Part shown: piece by piece, positions 55,045 to 63,995 of the stretch
Layout of the letters: every line of letters begins with the position of its first letter
Position numbering within the stretch: position 1 is the stretch's first letter
Virus record (IMG/VR): IMGVR_UViG_3300045988_179760
Origin: a virus
Length of the DNA: 64,000 bases
Reading direction: 5' to 3' (one strand)
Program-made: the position numbers and the translations under genes
The notes under the pieces: model-generated
Database searches by the model: none
The model's input: the letters and a program-made list of their open reading frames with translations, nothing else
What the model was told of the DNA's origin: nothing

Positions 55045-55500
55045 ATGGTCAAGAACATCAAACGCAACGCTTTCGCAACAGGAATGCAGGACAAGCGTGA
55101 CATGCGCCCATTGGAATCACCGGAAAACATTAGCGAACCGAACACGGAGCAGGAACCGACACAGGCCGTTCCTGAAACGCGGGAACCGTCAGACCAGTCA
55201 GTCCAAACGTCCGCCGACATGCATGCCCAAACGCTCACGGAGGAAGAAGCCGACCGTCGGGCACGGCTCATCACCGACATAACCCATCCTGAAACACCGG
55301 CACCATCCGAAACGCATCAGCCGCCGAAAGAGAAAAGAATCGGAAGCAACGTCACCGTCGAGAACTGGCGGGCATGGAAATTGAAAAGCATCGAATACGG
55401 GACGAAACAGGCTGTATTGTTGAATGCCGCGATGGACTACTGCTTCCAGCAGGGGCACTTCGACCAGACGCTCATCGACAAATATGAGCAGAAGGATTAG
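55045..55500 (+). CDS. ParG-like ribbon-helix-helix partition/centromere-binding protein
   Basis: Follows parA. C-terminal RHH-like KRIGSNVTVENWRAWKLKSIEYGTKQAVLLNAAMDYCF. Confidence 0.5.
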   Translation: MVKNIKRNAFATGMQDKRDMRPLESPENISEPNTEQEPTQAVPETREPSDQSVQTSADMHAQTLTEEEADRRARLITDITHPETPAPSETHQPPKEKRIGSNVTVENWRAWKLKSIEYGTKQAVLLNAAMDYCFQQGHFDQTLIDKYEQKD

Positions 55501-55608
55501 GCTCCGGTATATTAATATTCGGATGAACAAAAAGACTTCACCGGAGTTTTCCAGATGGGGCGACACTCACAACAGAGCGGACGCCCCATTGGTTTCTCTA
55601 AAACACAG

Positions 55609-56478
55609 TCAGGATACGAACGGGTTCATCGGCTCTTCATCATCCGCCACGCCCGCGTCCGTGTCGGCATCATCGTTAGCCGACTGGATGGAAGGAAGAC
55701 TGGGACGGACTATGACACCGGTTTCCGTGATTTCGGCTTTCAATTCCGGCCATGCGAGCTGAATCTTCTCCAACGCTCTTCTGAACTTGCGTCTGAATTC
55801 ACGCATCGGATACCCGTCGTACTTGAACTGCATCAACAAGGCTTCCCATGTCACGCGCGTCTCATGGCGCATGGCATGGGCACGGAACGCGAGCCACTGG
55901 TATACGTCCAACGCGAGGGCATCGTTGCGAAGCTGGCGAACGATGGATGGGTTGAGAGGAACGCAGTTCTCGGTCAGCAGTGCCCACATCTCGGGGGAGA
56001 ACTTTATGTAAGACTTCTTCGCCCCGTCATCGTCGTAGTTGAGTGACACTATGTTGGCAACGAAGAAAGAGTGGGCTGTGAATCCGCCAGTGGACCAGTT
56101 TTCAAGGACGATGGAGGTTGTCGCTAGATTCCTGACCATGTTCATCACCGTCTCCTTGCTGGACCCTGAATAGTGGATTCCAGTGCTCTTGCAGAATGAA
56201 CGATAGGTGTCGTCCAAGTAGACGGTATGATTCTCTGCGTCCACACAGTCGCTACTGTTCTTGATGAGAGAACGGATGTGGATGAGGAACATTCTGGGGG
56301 CTGCTCCGTATGCCCATTCTCCGGTGGAGGCCGAGACTGTGATTGACGAGTTTCCGTTAATTTTTCTCATGGACTGAGATTCCGGTTTCGACTGCGGCAG
56401 GAAACTCAGCTTAGACATAACCGACGGCGTGTAGTTGTATGTATTCGACTTGTAGAGGTCTTTGCTATGATTGGTCAT
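55609..56478 (-). CDS. repA: plasmid replication initiator RepA (iteron-type theta replicon)
   Basis: Block ALDVYQWLAFRAH typical of RepA_C initiators. Adjacent iterons and AT-rich region. Confidence 0.7.
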   Translation of the reverse strand: MTNHSKDLYKSNTYNYTPSVMSKLSFLPQSKPESQSMRKINGNSSITVSASTGEWAYGAAPRMFLIHIRSLIKNSSDCVDAENHTVYLDDTYRSFCKSTGIHYSGSSKETVMNMVRNLATTSIVLENWSTGGFTAHSFFVANIVSLNYDDDGAKKSYIKFSPEMWALLTENCVPLNPSIVRQLRNDALALDVYQWLAFRAHAMRHETRVTWEALLMQFKYDGYPMREFRRKFRRALEKIQLAWPELKAEITETGVIVRPSLPSIQSANDDADTDAGVADDEEPMNPFVS

Positions 56479-56718
56479 GTGACCACGACTCCTTCAGTGT
56501 TAGGTGGTTGCCATTCCCCGGCTGGTTCCAACAGTGCGGGGATTTTCTTTTCTCAGAACAGTATACGTCACTACCTACCCCTTATAGATTCTTTTCTACC
56601 CTCCGTCTTTTTGTAGCTTCGAACTGCTTACGAAAAAGGTCGAACGGGGCATGAGGAAGTGCCACAGAACGTGAGAAAGCGGAACCAAAAGTTGGAACTT
56701 CTGACACACATAGACAAA

Positions 56719-56784
56719 AAAGTGGGCACTTTCGACACGGAAAGTGGGCACTTTCGACACGGAAAGTGGGCACTTTCGACACGC
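56719..56784. repeat. three tandem 22-bp iterons (AAAGTGGGCACTTTCGACACGG)
   Basis: Perfect copies at 56719, 56741 and 56763 (the last ends ACGC), plus a partial fourth copy. Confidence 0.85.
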
Positions 56785-56799
56785 TTTCGACCCGAAACG

Positions 56800-57115
56800 C
56801 CTACTCCCATAAGGGATTTCGACACCTGCAAAAGATATACAAAAGATTACAAAAGATATTAATATCCCTTGTATTCCCTTCTTTTTCAAAAAACAAGTTT
56901 TTCAAAAAGAAGCAAAAAATCAAAAAATTAGAATAAAACCATTTTTTTGATTCTACGTTCAGACAGGTCTAAACCTGCTTAAGGGTATCTTCAAAGCTTT
57001 TAAGAAAAAAAGTCATGTCAATATGACCGTTCAGACAGGGTGAACCCTGAGCGACGATTATCCTCAATGCTGTTTTTCGTTTCAACAACGTTGGCGTTTA
57101 GACAGGTCTGAATGT
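56800..57115. promoter_or_regulatory. AT-rich putative origin of replication with three CGTT(C/T)AGACAGG boxes
   Basis: Roughly 70% AT stretch. Boxes at 56956, 57027 and 57095, each followed by a short inverted repeat (cagg..cctg). Confidence 0.5.
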
Positions 57116-57282
57116 TTTCGAGGGAAGAGAGAAAAAGAAAAGTTCCGGAAAAAGAAAAACAGAGAAGCCAGCACGGCCGGTGGATGCATGTCGAAAACCC
57201 CGAAGCCGATATAGGAAACCTCGGACGGAAGGTAGACTTGAAGACAGTGCATGACAAACGGAAATGAATTCGGAGCGGAACT

Positions 57283-58563
57283 GTGTTCGGAAGCAAGAAA
57301 GACAAGAACGGCAAACAGCCGATGGGCCAGCAAAAGGCGAAGCAGAACCCGAACAATGAGACCGACCTGTTCGCTGACGAAAAAGAACGCAAGGACGAGA
57401 TAGAACTCACCGCGTGGAAGAAGGCGTTGAAGAACACCCAGAAGTGGAAGGTTCTCATCATCCTGTTCATCTGCACCGGTCTGGTCGCTCCGATGATTTC
57501 CGTCCGCGCAATCAACACGTTGAACGAAATGGGTTCCTACCTGACGGAGAAGTACAAGGAAATCAGCGGCGACAAGCCCGGCAAGCAGGTCGCGTTGCAA
57601 GCCGTGTACAGTTGGCTGGATGATGACAAGGGCGCTTTCCAATACGGGTATGCGAATTTGTGGTGGAATGGTGCCACCGAGGTCAGCACATCCACTTCGG
57701 ACGATTCCAACGGTTCCACCACCCAGTATTGGAGCCATCAGATGTCCCTCACTGACAAGTCGGATGGAAGCACGAGGGATATCACCCAGCTTGTCGCCGT
57801 CACCGACGGAGTGGCTACTGCGGTGGGAACGCCGACCGTGCTTCCAAAGACCGTCACTTCGAACAGCAATACGGACACGTACCGTCCCGACGATTACATT
57901 CAGCTTGACCAGAACACGAGCCTGACAAACGTGGTCAGCGCTTGGTCTAAAGCATACATCGGCAAAGACTCCAACGCTTTGACGGTTCTTGTCGGAGACC
58001 CGAACAGCGACCACATGTACCAGCCAGCAAGCTTGGGTTCGTATCTGAACTCGTCCCTCGACTGGCTTGTGCAATGCACCAAGGACGGCAAGACCGTTGA
58101 CAAGCAGAACAAGTCCGACAATCCCGAATGGGCGGCGGCAAGCGTCAGCATCTCGTTCAAACCCTACGAGAAGAAGGTTGATGCGAGTACGGCCAACGAC
58201 CCGAACGCGGACACTGGTTCAACGAGCGACGTGGAAACGAGCGTCACCGTCCTCATCCATAATCCGACCCGTGGTAGCGCGAAAATCGTTGACTGGGGTG
58301 CCGAAGGCAGTCTGACCACGTTGAAGGCGTTCAGCAATGCCATCGACCGTTCGCTGATTGGCTCCTCCAGCAGTGATGACGATGATGATTCTTCCGATTC
58401 CAGTTCATCGGATTCCGATAGCGGTTCCGGTGATGACGGTTCCGACAATGACGATTCCGACTCCTCCGATTCGGATTCGTCCGACAACAACAGCAGTAGT
58501 TCATCCCAGAATTCCGATGACGGTTCCGTAACCGGCGACCCCAATGAGGGGCCGAACGACTAA
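57283..58563 (+). CDS. bitopic membrane/secreted protein with C-terminal poly-Asp/Ser tail
   Basis: TM WKVLIILFICTGLVAPMI. C-terminal SSSDDDDDSSDSSSSDSDSGSGDDGSDNDDSDSSDSDSSDNNSS. Confidence 0.55.
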   Translation: MFGSKKDKNGKQPMGQQKAKQNPNNETDLFADEKERKDEIELTAWKKALKNTQKWKVLIILFICTGLVAPMISVRAINTLNEMGSYLTEKYKEISGDKPGKQVALQAVYSWLDDDKGAFQYGYANLWWNGATEVSTSTSDDSNGSTTQYWSHQMSLTDKSDGSTRDITQLVAVTDGVATAVGTPTVLPKTVTSNSNTDTYRPDDYIQLDQNTSLTNVVSAWSKAYIGKDSNALTVLVGDPNSDHMYQPASLGSYLNSSLDWLVQCTKDGKTVDKQNKSDNPEWAAASVSISFKPYEKKVDASTANDPNADTGSTSDVETSVTVLIHNPTRGSAKIVDWGAEGSLTTLKAFSNAIDRSLIGSSSSDDDDDSSDSSSSDSDSGSGDDGSDNDDSDSSDSDSSDNNSSSSSQNSDDGSVTGDPNEGPND

Positions 58564-58738
58564 TCCGAAAGGAAAACTAAATTGACAGGACATAACAAGC
58601 CCAGTGAGGGTGACAAGTTCGCTGAGTTCATCAACAGCAATGGCCCGTTGACCGGTGCGATTATCGCCATCGCGTTCATCGTGTGTCTCGTCATCAGCAT
58701 CATCCTGAACCTGTGATGAGTTTTTTTGGAGGTTTCCT

Positions 58739-59764
58739 ATGGCTAAGAAGAAAGGCGGCATGTCCGCCGGTTCGTTGATTGGCAGCATTCTGGTCGTGTT
58801 GACGGCCATGGTGCTCATCGTGAATCTGGGATTGTGGACTCCCATGTCGAAGATTTTCGGATTGCCGGAAATCAACAGTCTATCCCAGTTGATGCCGGGT
58901 GAGGATTCCAAGGTAAAGCCGGATGTGAAATTGGGGTTGAAGGAGCCTTCCTTGAAGTCGTCCGGCTCCAATTCGCAAACCAATACTCCAGAAGCCACAG
59001 AAACGCCCTCAGAAACGACGCAGACACAAAACGGGGACAATTCCTCAAGTCAAACACAAAAAGCCTCTACAAGCGTTCCTGAAGGTGCTTTAAGCCCCAT
59101 CACCACGAAACAGGCGCTTGACAAACTCGCTGACATCGAAACCGCAACCCCGCACACCAAAGGATACAACCGCAAAACCGACTTCGGCACATGGCAGAAC
59201 AGCAACCAGCTCTGCGGTTACGGCACCACCCGCGACTACATCCTCAAACGCGATATGACCGACGTGACCATGGACAAGAATTGCAAGGTGCTCACCGGCA
59301 CCCTCCAAGACCCATATACAGGCAATGTCATCAAATTCCAGCGCGACACCTACGAGACCGTCAACGGCAAACAGAAGAAAACAGGCGGAGACAGTATGGC
59401 CGTCCAAATCGACCATGTGGTGGCGGTCAACGACGCTTGGGCCAGCGGACTGTGGAAGGACTCGCGCAAGGGCGACCGCATCACCTATGCGAACGACCCG
59501 GAAGTGCTCGTCGCGTCCGAAGGAGAAGCGAACAACATCAAACAGCAGGGCGTGAACCTTGTTAAGGACGAGGCGTTGAACGGTTCCTCGACCAAGTGGA
59601 AGGACGCAACGCCCAGCATTTGGCTCCCGTCCAACAAGACGTACCAATGCTCGTATATGGCTAAACGCGTGTACATCAAAGACAAGTACAAACTGTCCAT
59701 GAGCAGTTGGGAGAAGGCCGAAACGAAGTCGTTCCTCACGCAATGCGTGGCCGACGGCAACTGA
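58739..59764 (+). CDS. membrane-anchored extracellular HNH/His-Me-finger nuclease-like protein (DUF1524-type)
   Basis: N-terminal TM anchor, then ...GYNRKTDFGTWQNSNQLCGYGTTRDYILKRD... and QIDHVVAVNDAW, characteristic of the DUF1524/GmrSD-C nuclease fold. Confidence 0.5.
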   Translation: MAKKKGGMSAGSLIGSILVVLTAMVLIVNLGLWTPMSKIFGLPEINSLSQLMPGEDSKVKPDVKLGLKEPSLKSSGSNSQTNTPEATETPSETTQTQNGDNSSSQTQKASTSVPEGALSPITTKQALDKLADIETATPHTKGYNRKTDFGTWQNSNQLCGYGTTRDYILKRDMTDVTMDKNCKVLTGTLQDPYTGNVIKFQRDTYETVNGKQKKTGGDSMAVQIDHVVAVNDAWASGLWKDSRKGDRITYANDPEVLVASEGEANNIKQQGVNLVKDEALNGSSTKWKDATPSIWLPSNKTYQCSYMAKRVYIKDKYKLSMSSWEKAETKSFLTQCVADGN

Positions 59765-59925
59765 TTTTGGTTAGAAAAACTTTTCCTGTTTTTCCGGTTT
59801 TTCACCAGATGAATGTTCGAAGTCGTTTACTGTAACAGTTGAGACCGGGTTTTCGTGGTATATCTTCCACCATCTGGTTTCTTCCCCGGTCTCTGTGGAA
59901 AGCTCCTCTCGGGGAGTGTGTTTCG

Positions 59926-59970
59926 GGTTCCGCCACCCGTGTGTGGATTCTTTTTTTGGGTGGCGGAACC
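59926..59970. other. perfect 13-bp inverted repeat GGTTCCGCCACCC-N19-GGGTGGCGGAACC
   Basis: Seen directly in sequence. The loop contains T7. Confidence 0.7.
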
Positions 59971-60018
59971 ATTTCCTTTCCTAATCGGCATTGTGGCGAT
60001 TCGAGAAGAAAATGATGT

Positions 60019-60037
60019 TATACTAGAAGTGTTCACA
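60019..60037 (+). promoter_or_regulatory. plus-strand copy of the conserved promoter-like motif (TATACTAGAAGTGTTCACA)
   Basis: Match in the + orientation, 34 nt upstream of the ATG at 60071. Confidence 0.6.
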
Positions 60038-60070
60038 CAATAATAGAAAAAGCCAGCCAAGGAGAAAAAC

Positions 60071-60442
60071 ATGAGCAACTACTTCAACAGCATCGAACAC
60101 CAAATCAACCTCATGCTCGACAGGGAACAAGACCTCCAAGACGAACAGGAACAGCGTCTACGGGATATTCACGACGGCATCGGAGACTACGTGCTGTTGC
60201 CCGAAGGCGACCCGTGGAACATCGATGACTACGAGCAAGACCCACAGCCCACCAACATCAACAACACTTGCAGTCACGGACTCTATGTTGACGAAGGTGT
60301 GAAATCTGGAACCATGTATCATCTCAACCCCGACCTCGGACTGTGGGCGGCTTGCGACGACTACGAGGACATAGAAAAAATGGTCAGGGAAGGCAAGACG
60401 CTCACCCAGCCCATCGACGATTACGATTCGAAGCTCGCCTGA
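60071..60442 (+). CDS. acidic hypothetical protein (123 aa)
   Basis: ORF track. RBS AAGGAGAAAAAC. Confidence 0.5.
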   Translation: MSNYFNSIEHQINLMLDREQDLQDEQEQRLRDIHDGIGDYVLLPEGDPWNIDDYEQDPQPTNINNTCSHGLYVDEGVKSGTMYHLNPDLGLWAACDDYEDIEKMVREGKTLTQPIDDYDSKLA

Positions 60443-60487
60443 GAAAGAATTTTTCCTGCAACCTTCCTTGTTTGCGAAAAACTACGT

Positions 60488-60506
60488 TATAGTGGAACCA
60501 GTCACA
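60488..60506 (+). promoter_or_regulatory. plus-strand copy of the conserved motif (TATAGTGGAACCAGTCACA)
   Basis: Variant match, upstream of the next plus-strand gene. Confidence 0.5.
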
Positions 60507-60527
60507 AACAAGGAAGGTTCCTTTTTG

Positions 60528-60857
60528 AACACCGAAACGGACATCACGGACAGTCAAACCCAAGAACGTTCCCGTCCACGCAAAGACCTTGACACCGTAG
60601 GAGGGTTTCTTGACTCCTGCAAGGACGAGACACCAATCCTGATTTACTTCAACACAAACGACGGAATACAAAGAATCCCCCACATCCTAGGAGACCCGCC
60701 CACCGTCGGGCAACTCCGACTCAACAAATATCTGCGGCCACTGAAAATCCAACGAAGAGTCCGCTACCAGATTGCCGGAACCAGCGACACCGGCTGGGTC
60801 ATCCGGGTCGATGAACGATTCAAGAAAAAGAAATACATCAAAGCGTCGAAAGCCTGA
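60528..60857 (+). CDS. hypothetical protein (probable TTG start after AAGGAAGG RBS)
   Basis: The first Met of ORF 60468..60857 lies upstream of the promoter motif. A TTG at 60528 with a strong RBS is more plausible. Confidence 0.4.
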   Translation, partial: NTETDITDSQTQERSRPRKDLDTVGGFLDSCKDETPILIYFNTNDGIQRIPHILGDPPTVGQLRLNKYLRPLKIQRRVRYQIAGTSDTGWVIRVDERFKKKKYIKASKA

Positions 60858-61611
60858 ACTTTTGGATAATCAAGACTACACCGTGAACAAAACCCCTTTA
60901 CGTTCCAACGGAGACCGGGAAGCGGTCTTGCAGACCATCTTCCGTAGGGGAGTCCTGCCGCAAGCCGTGGTGTACGCGCTCGGACTACTGGTGGCGGTAT
61001 GTCTCCTCGCATATTCGAACTCCCTGACGGGAGGATGGAAAATCATCTTCCTGTTCCTGTCCATCCTGAATTTCGTGGCGGGAATCCGGGGACTCGTCAA
61101 GGTAAGCGCCAGCTGGACTACAGTCCGTGACTGCGCGTATCCGAACATCGACGCGAACGCGGCTGAAACATGGGATTTGGCAGTATGGCTCGCCAACAGT
61201 CCGCAATTCGGAGGAACCCCAATCCGGGATATGCGACAGCAGGAACTACGTGAGGCATTGGATGAGTACGGGACACTGTTCCAAGCGAACAATCCGGAAG
61301 ACGTGACCGTCCAACTGAACCGGTTGGAACGGCTCATGCATGACGTGGATTGGACAGGCCAATACGTTCATGCGCTCCTTCTATTCCGACAGTTGAAAGA
61401 CTCACATCTCAAATATTGGAGCCAACTGGACGGAGCCTACCGTCAAACGTTAATAAAACTGACGTCAGGCATGCGTTTGGAAAACCTACGCGAGGACGTG
61501 CAACTCTCCCCACACCGCATGGTCATCTTGGACGGATTGCAGATTAACTGCGGACTGCATGGTACCGCAGGAAAGTACACCGTCGGCTATGAGGACGGCG
61601 GTGTACTGTGA
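60772..61611 (+). CDS. membrane protein (2 TM); start uncertain (ATG 60772 overlaps the previous gene; in-frame GTG at 60883)
   Basis: Hydrophobic VVYALGLLVAVCLLAY and IIFLFLSILNFVAGI. Confidence 0.45.
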   Translation: MPEPATPAGSSGSMNDSRKRNTSKRRKPELLDNQDYTVNKTPLRSNGDREAVLQTIFRRGVLPQAVVYALGLLVAVCLLAYSNSLTGGWKIIFLFLSILNFVAGIRGLVKVSASWTTVRDCAYPNIDANAAETWDLAVWLANSPQFGGTPIRDMRQQELREALDEYGTLFQANNPEDVTVQLNRLERLMHDVDWTGQYVHALLLFRQLKDSHLKYWSQLDGAYRQTLIKLTSGMRLENLREDVQLSPHRMVILDGLQINCGLHGTAGKYTVGYEDGGVL

Positions 61612-61925
61612 ACTATCAGATGCTACGGGACGTTCGTAGTGGACGAATCCACATGTTCTCCGACAACTGCTGGATGCTCCGGGACTGGGTGGCAAAAAAC
61701 ATCGGACTGGAAGAGAACGGCGTAGCACTCATACGCAGACTCGACCTGTTGGAAATGAAAAAATACTCCACCAAAATGATGGACAATCCCGAATCGTCCA
61801 GCGAGGAATACTGGCAAGCGAAAACCATGCATGACGGCGTGGTCAGAACATTCAAAGAACTCTCGCCGGTGGCGCGACTCGAATACTGGGACTGTCTGAA
61901 CGACACTCCCGTCAACATCCTCTGA
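61608..61925 (+). CDS. hypothetical protein (105 aa)
   Basis: ORF track. 4-nt overlap coupling. Confidence 0.5.
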   Translation: MNYQMLRDVRSGRIHMFSDNCWMLRDWVAKNIGLEENGVALIRRLDLLEMKKYSTKMMDNPESSSEEYWQAKTMHDGVVRTFKELSPVARLEYWDCLNDTPVNIL

Positions 61926-61962
61926 GCTTAGAAAAAACCCAAAACCTCTGAAAGGAGCAGCA

Positions 61963-62406
61963 TTGGACGAACAATCTTCCACCCAACGTTTCCGTGTTCT
62001 CATGGCCGGTATCAGCGAAGGTGAGACCAGAATCCTCTACAACATCGAAAAAGGAAGGCTGACAGCCGACATCCTCAAAAGCAACATCGGCAGACGACTG
62101 CTGGATGCCGGACTCATCCTCTGTAACAAACAATCCAATCCGACCCTCACCAAGGATGGAACACGCCTAGTGACCCTGCTCTCCCAAGGAGAAGGAGACC
62201 GTCCAATCCACCTGTACGAGCACAATAGCGAAGACCTGCTCCGCCAAGCCGGACAAGGAACAGCCAACGCATACAAGACCGGTTTCGAAAACGCCGCCGT
62301 CGAACTGTTGACTGACCGGCTTGTCCGACTTGACATCGCCTCCGGAACCCTCACCCTGCTTCCTGCGGGAACGGAACTCCTGTCCAAGCTCGACAAGGCG
62401 GCTTGA
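61963..62406 (+). CDS. hypothetical protein (147 aa)
   Basis: ORF track. Confidence 0.5.
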   Translation: MDEQSSTQRFRVLMAGISEGETRILYNIEKGRLTADILKSNIGRRLLDAGLILCNKQSNPTLTKDGTRLVTLLSQGEGDRPIHLYEHNSEDLLRQAGQGTANAYKTGFENAAVELLTDRLVRLDIASGTLTLLPAGTELLSKLDKAA

Positions 62407-62407
62407 C

Positions 62408-62611
62408 ATGCTGGGCTGGCTGACTCAACAGAACGTGCTTGTGGCGATTGCTATTGGAGCCATCATCCTACTGCTCATGTTCCTCATCCCCGCCATCGAG
62501 GAACTGGTCGGCACGTATACTCCGTTGGGAGAATTCTGCGAAAGGCCGAACATGAGATGGGCTGTGGTCATCCTGACCATCGTAGCGGTTCTCACGGTAG
62601 TGGTCATCTGA
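62408..62611 (+). CDS. small membrane protein (2 TM)
   Basis: MLGWLTQQNVLVAIAIGAIILLLMFLIPA...WAVVILTIVAVLTVVVI. Confidence 0.45.
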   Translation: MLGWLTQQNVLVAIAIGAIILLLMFLIPAIEELVGTYTPLGEFCERPNMRWAVVILTIVAVLTVVVI

Positions 62612-62623
62612 CTTTTCCTTGAC

Positions 62624-62654
62624 GGGGACGGCTTGATGCCGTCCCCTTTTTTTT
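62624..62654 (+). terminator. rho-independent terminator GGGGACGGCttgatGCCGTCCCC + T8
   Basis: 9-bp G/C stem followed by tttttttt. Confidence 0.8.
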
Positions 62655-62699
62655 GTTTCCCGAATTGAAAACCGGTGGCAAGTTCCGACGGATATTCTG

Positions 62700-62870
62700 G
62701 AAATAAAAGTACCTAAAAAAGAAAGTTGAAGTATCGTGAAAGACTTCATGATTTTTTGGCGAGGATACCCCACCTCTTGTGGGTGGGGAGGAATCGCCTT
62801 TCTTTTTTCACTAGTATGCTATAATTATAGCAGTTATTGAAAGTATGACGGACGGCAAAGGAGGATTGGA
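62700..62870 (+). mobile_element. putative left end of the second TnpB element (hairpins CCCCACCtcttgtGGGTGGGG and palindrome GCTATAATTATAGC containing TATAAT)
   Basis: Structured region immediately upstream of tnpB. Confidence 0.35.
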
Positions 62871-63995
62871 ATGCTCAGCACGCTCACCTACGCGGTGCGG
62901 GTCAAAACTACCTCCACCCAGTCAGAAATACTCGACGCCACCTGCTCCGCCTACCTCGACTGCTGCAACATGGTCAGCAAAACAGCGTGGGAACATAAGA
63001 CGTTAAGTCAGAAAACCCTCAACCAGCTCGCCTACCACAGGCTCCGCGACGAATACCATGTCGGAGCGCAAATGGCGCAATCCTCCATCATCCGCGTCAT
63101 CGGCAACTATCGGACAATCAAAGAGACGCATGGAACCCCTTGGGCGACCAGCCAGCCGGAATACCATTCCCTTGGATACGACCTTGTATGGAACAGGGAT
63201 TACAGCATCCTAAAAGACGGACGGTTGAGTGTGAACACGCTCGAAGGGCGAATCAAATTCCCTATCGACTGGACGCACATGCCGGAAACCTATCGTCACG
63301 GAAAATTCGGCACGGCCCGACTATTGAACCGGAACGGGGAATGGCTACTGCTTATCCCCAGCACCATAGAACTTCCCCACCCATCCCAACCACAGCAGGT
63401 GGTCGGAGTGGATTTGGGCATACGTTTCCTCACCACCACCTACGACAGTGACGGCCATACCGACTTCTATGACGGGAAGGAGGTGAAGAACAAGCGCGAG
63501 CATTACAAGAGGCTTCGCATCACCCTCCAGAAGAAGGGGACGCGTAGCGCGAGACGCAGACTCAGGAACATCGGCAACAGAGAAAACCGTTGGATGCGGG
63601 ACGTGAACCATCAGGTCTCGAAGGCACTCGTCAACCGACAGTCAAAGCCTACGCTCTTCGCGTTGGAAAACCTCGAAGGCATTCGCCACGCCACGGAAAA
63701 AGTTCGCAGACAAGACCGGTATACGCAAGTCAGCTGGGCATTCCACCAGCTACGCCAGATGATTGAATACAAGGCTCTGAAAGCCGGGCATTCCACCATT
63801 GCGGTTGACCCGCATTACACGAGTCAGACCTGTCCGAAATGCGGCATGATACGCAAGGCGAACAGGAACAAACGGTTGCACGAATACCAATGCTCGAACT
63901 GCGGCTACAGGTCCAATGACGACCGTGTGGCCGCTATGAACATTCAACGGCTCGGATATCAGAGTCTAGTTGAATCCCATTCGGACAAGCTCTGA
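62871..63995 (+). CDS. tnpB: IS605-family TnpB (OrfB)
   Basis: RuvC-I GVDLGIRFLTTTYDSDG, RuvC-II ...ALENLEGI..., zinc finger CPKCGMIRKANRNKRLHEYQCSNCGYRSNDDRVAAMNI. Unrelated in sequence to the TnpB at 7731. Confidence 0.85.
   Translation: MLSTLTYAVRVKTTSTQSEILDATCSAYLDCCNMVSKTAWEHKTLSQKTLNQLAYHRLRDEYHVGAQMAQSSIIRVIGNYRTIKETHGTPWATSQPEYHSLGYDLVWNRDYSILKDGRLSVNTLEGRIKFPIDWTHMPETYRHGKFGTARLLNRNGEWLLLIPSTIELPHPSQPQQVVGVDLGIRFLTTTYDSDGHTDFYDGKEVKNKREHYKRLRITLQKKGTRSARRRLRNIGNRENRWMRDVNHQVSKALVNRQSKPTLFALENLEGIRHATEKVRRQDRYTQVSWAFHQLRQMIEYKALKAGHSTIAVDPHYTSQTCPKCGMIRKANRNKRLHEYQCSNCGYRSNDDRVAAMNIQRLGYQSLVESHSDKL

Noticed and set aside
55501-55545. Weak motif-like sequence TATATTAATATTCGGATGAACAAAAAG after the parG-like gene
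   Set aside because: Only partial resemblance (7 mismatches in the core). Not followed by a gene in that orientation.
56719-56784. Possible CRISPR array
   Set aside because: Three identical 22-bp units are directly tandem with no spacers and sit beside repA. They are iterons, not CRISPR repeats. No CRISPR-like repeat-spacer structure was seen anywhere in the window.
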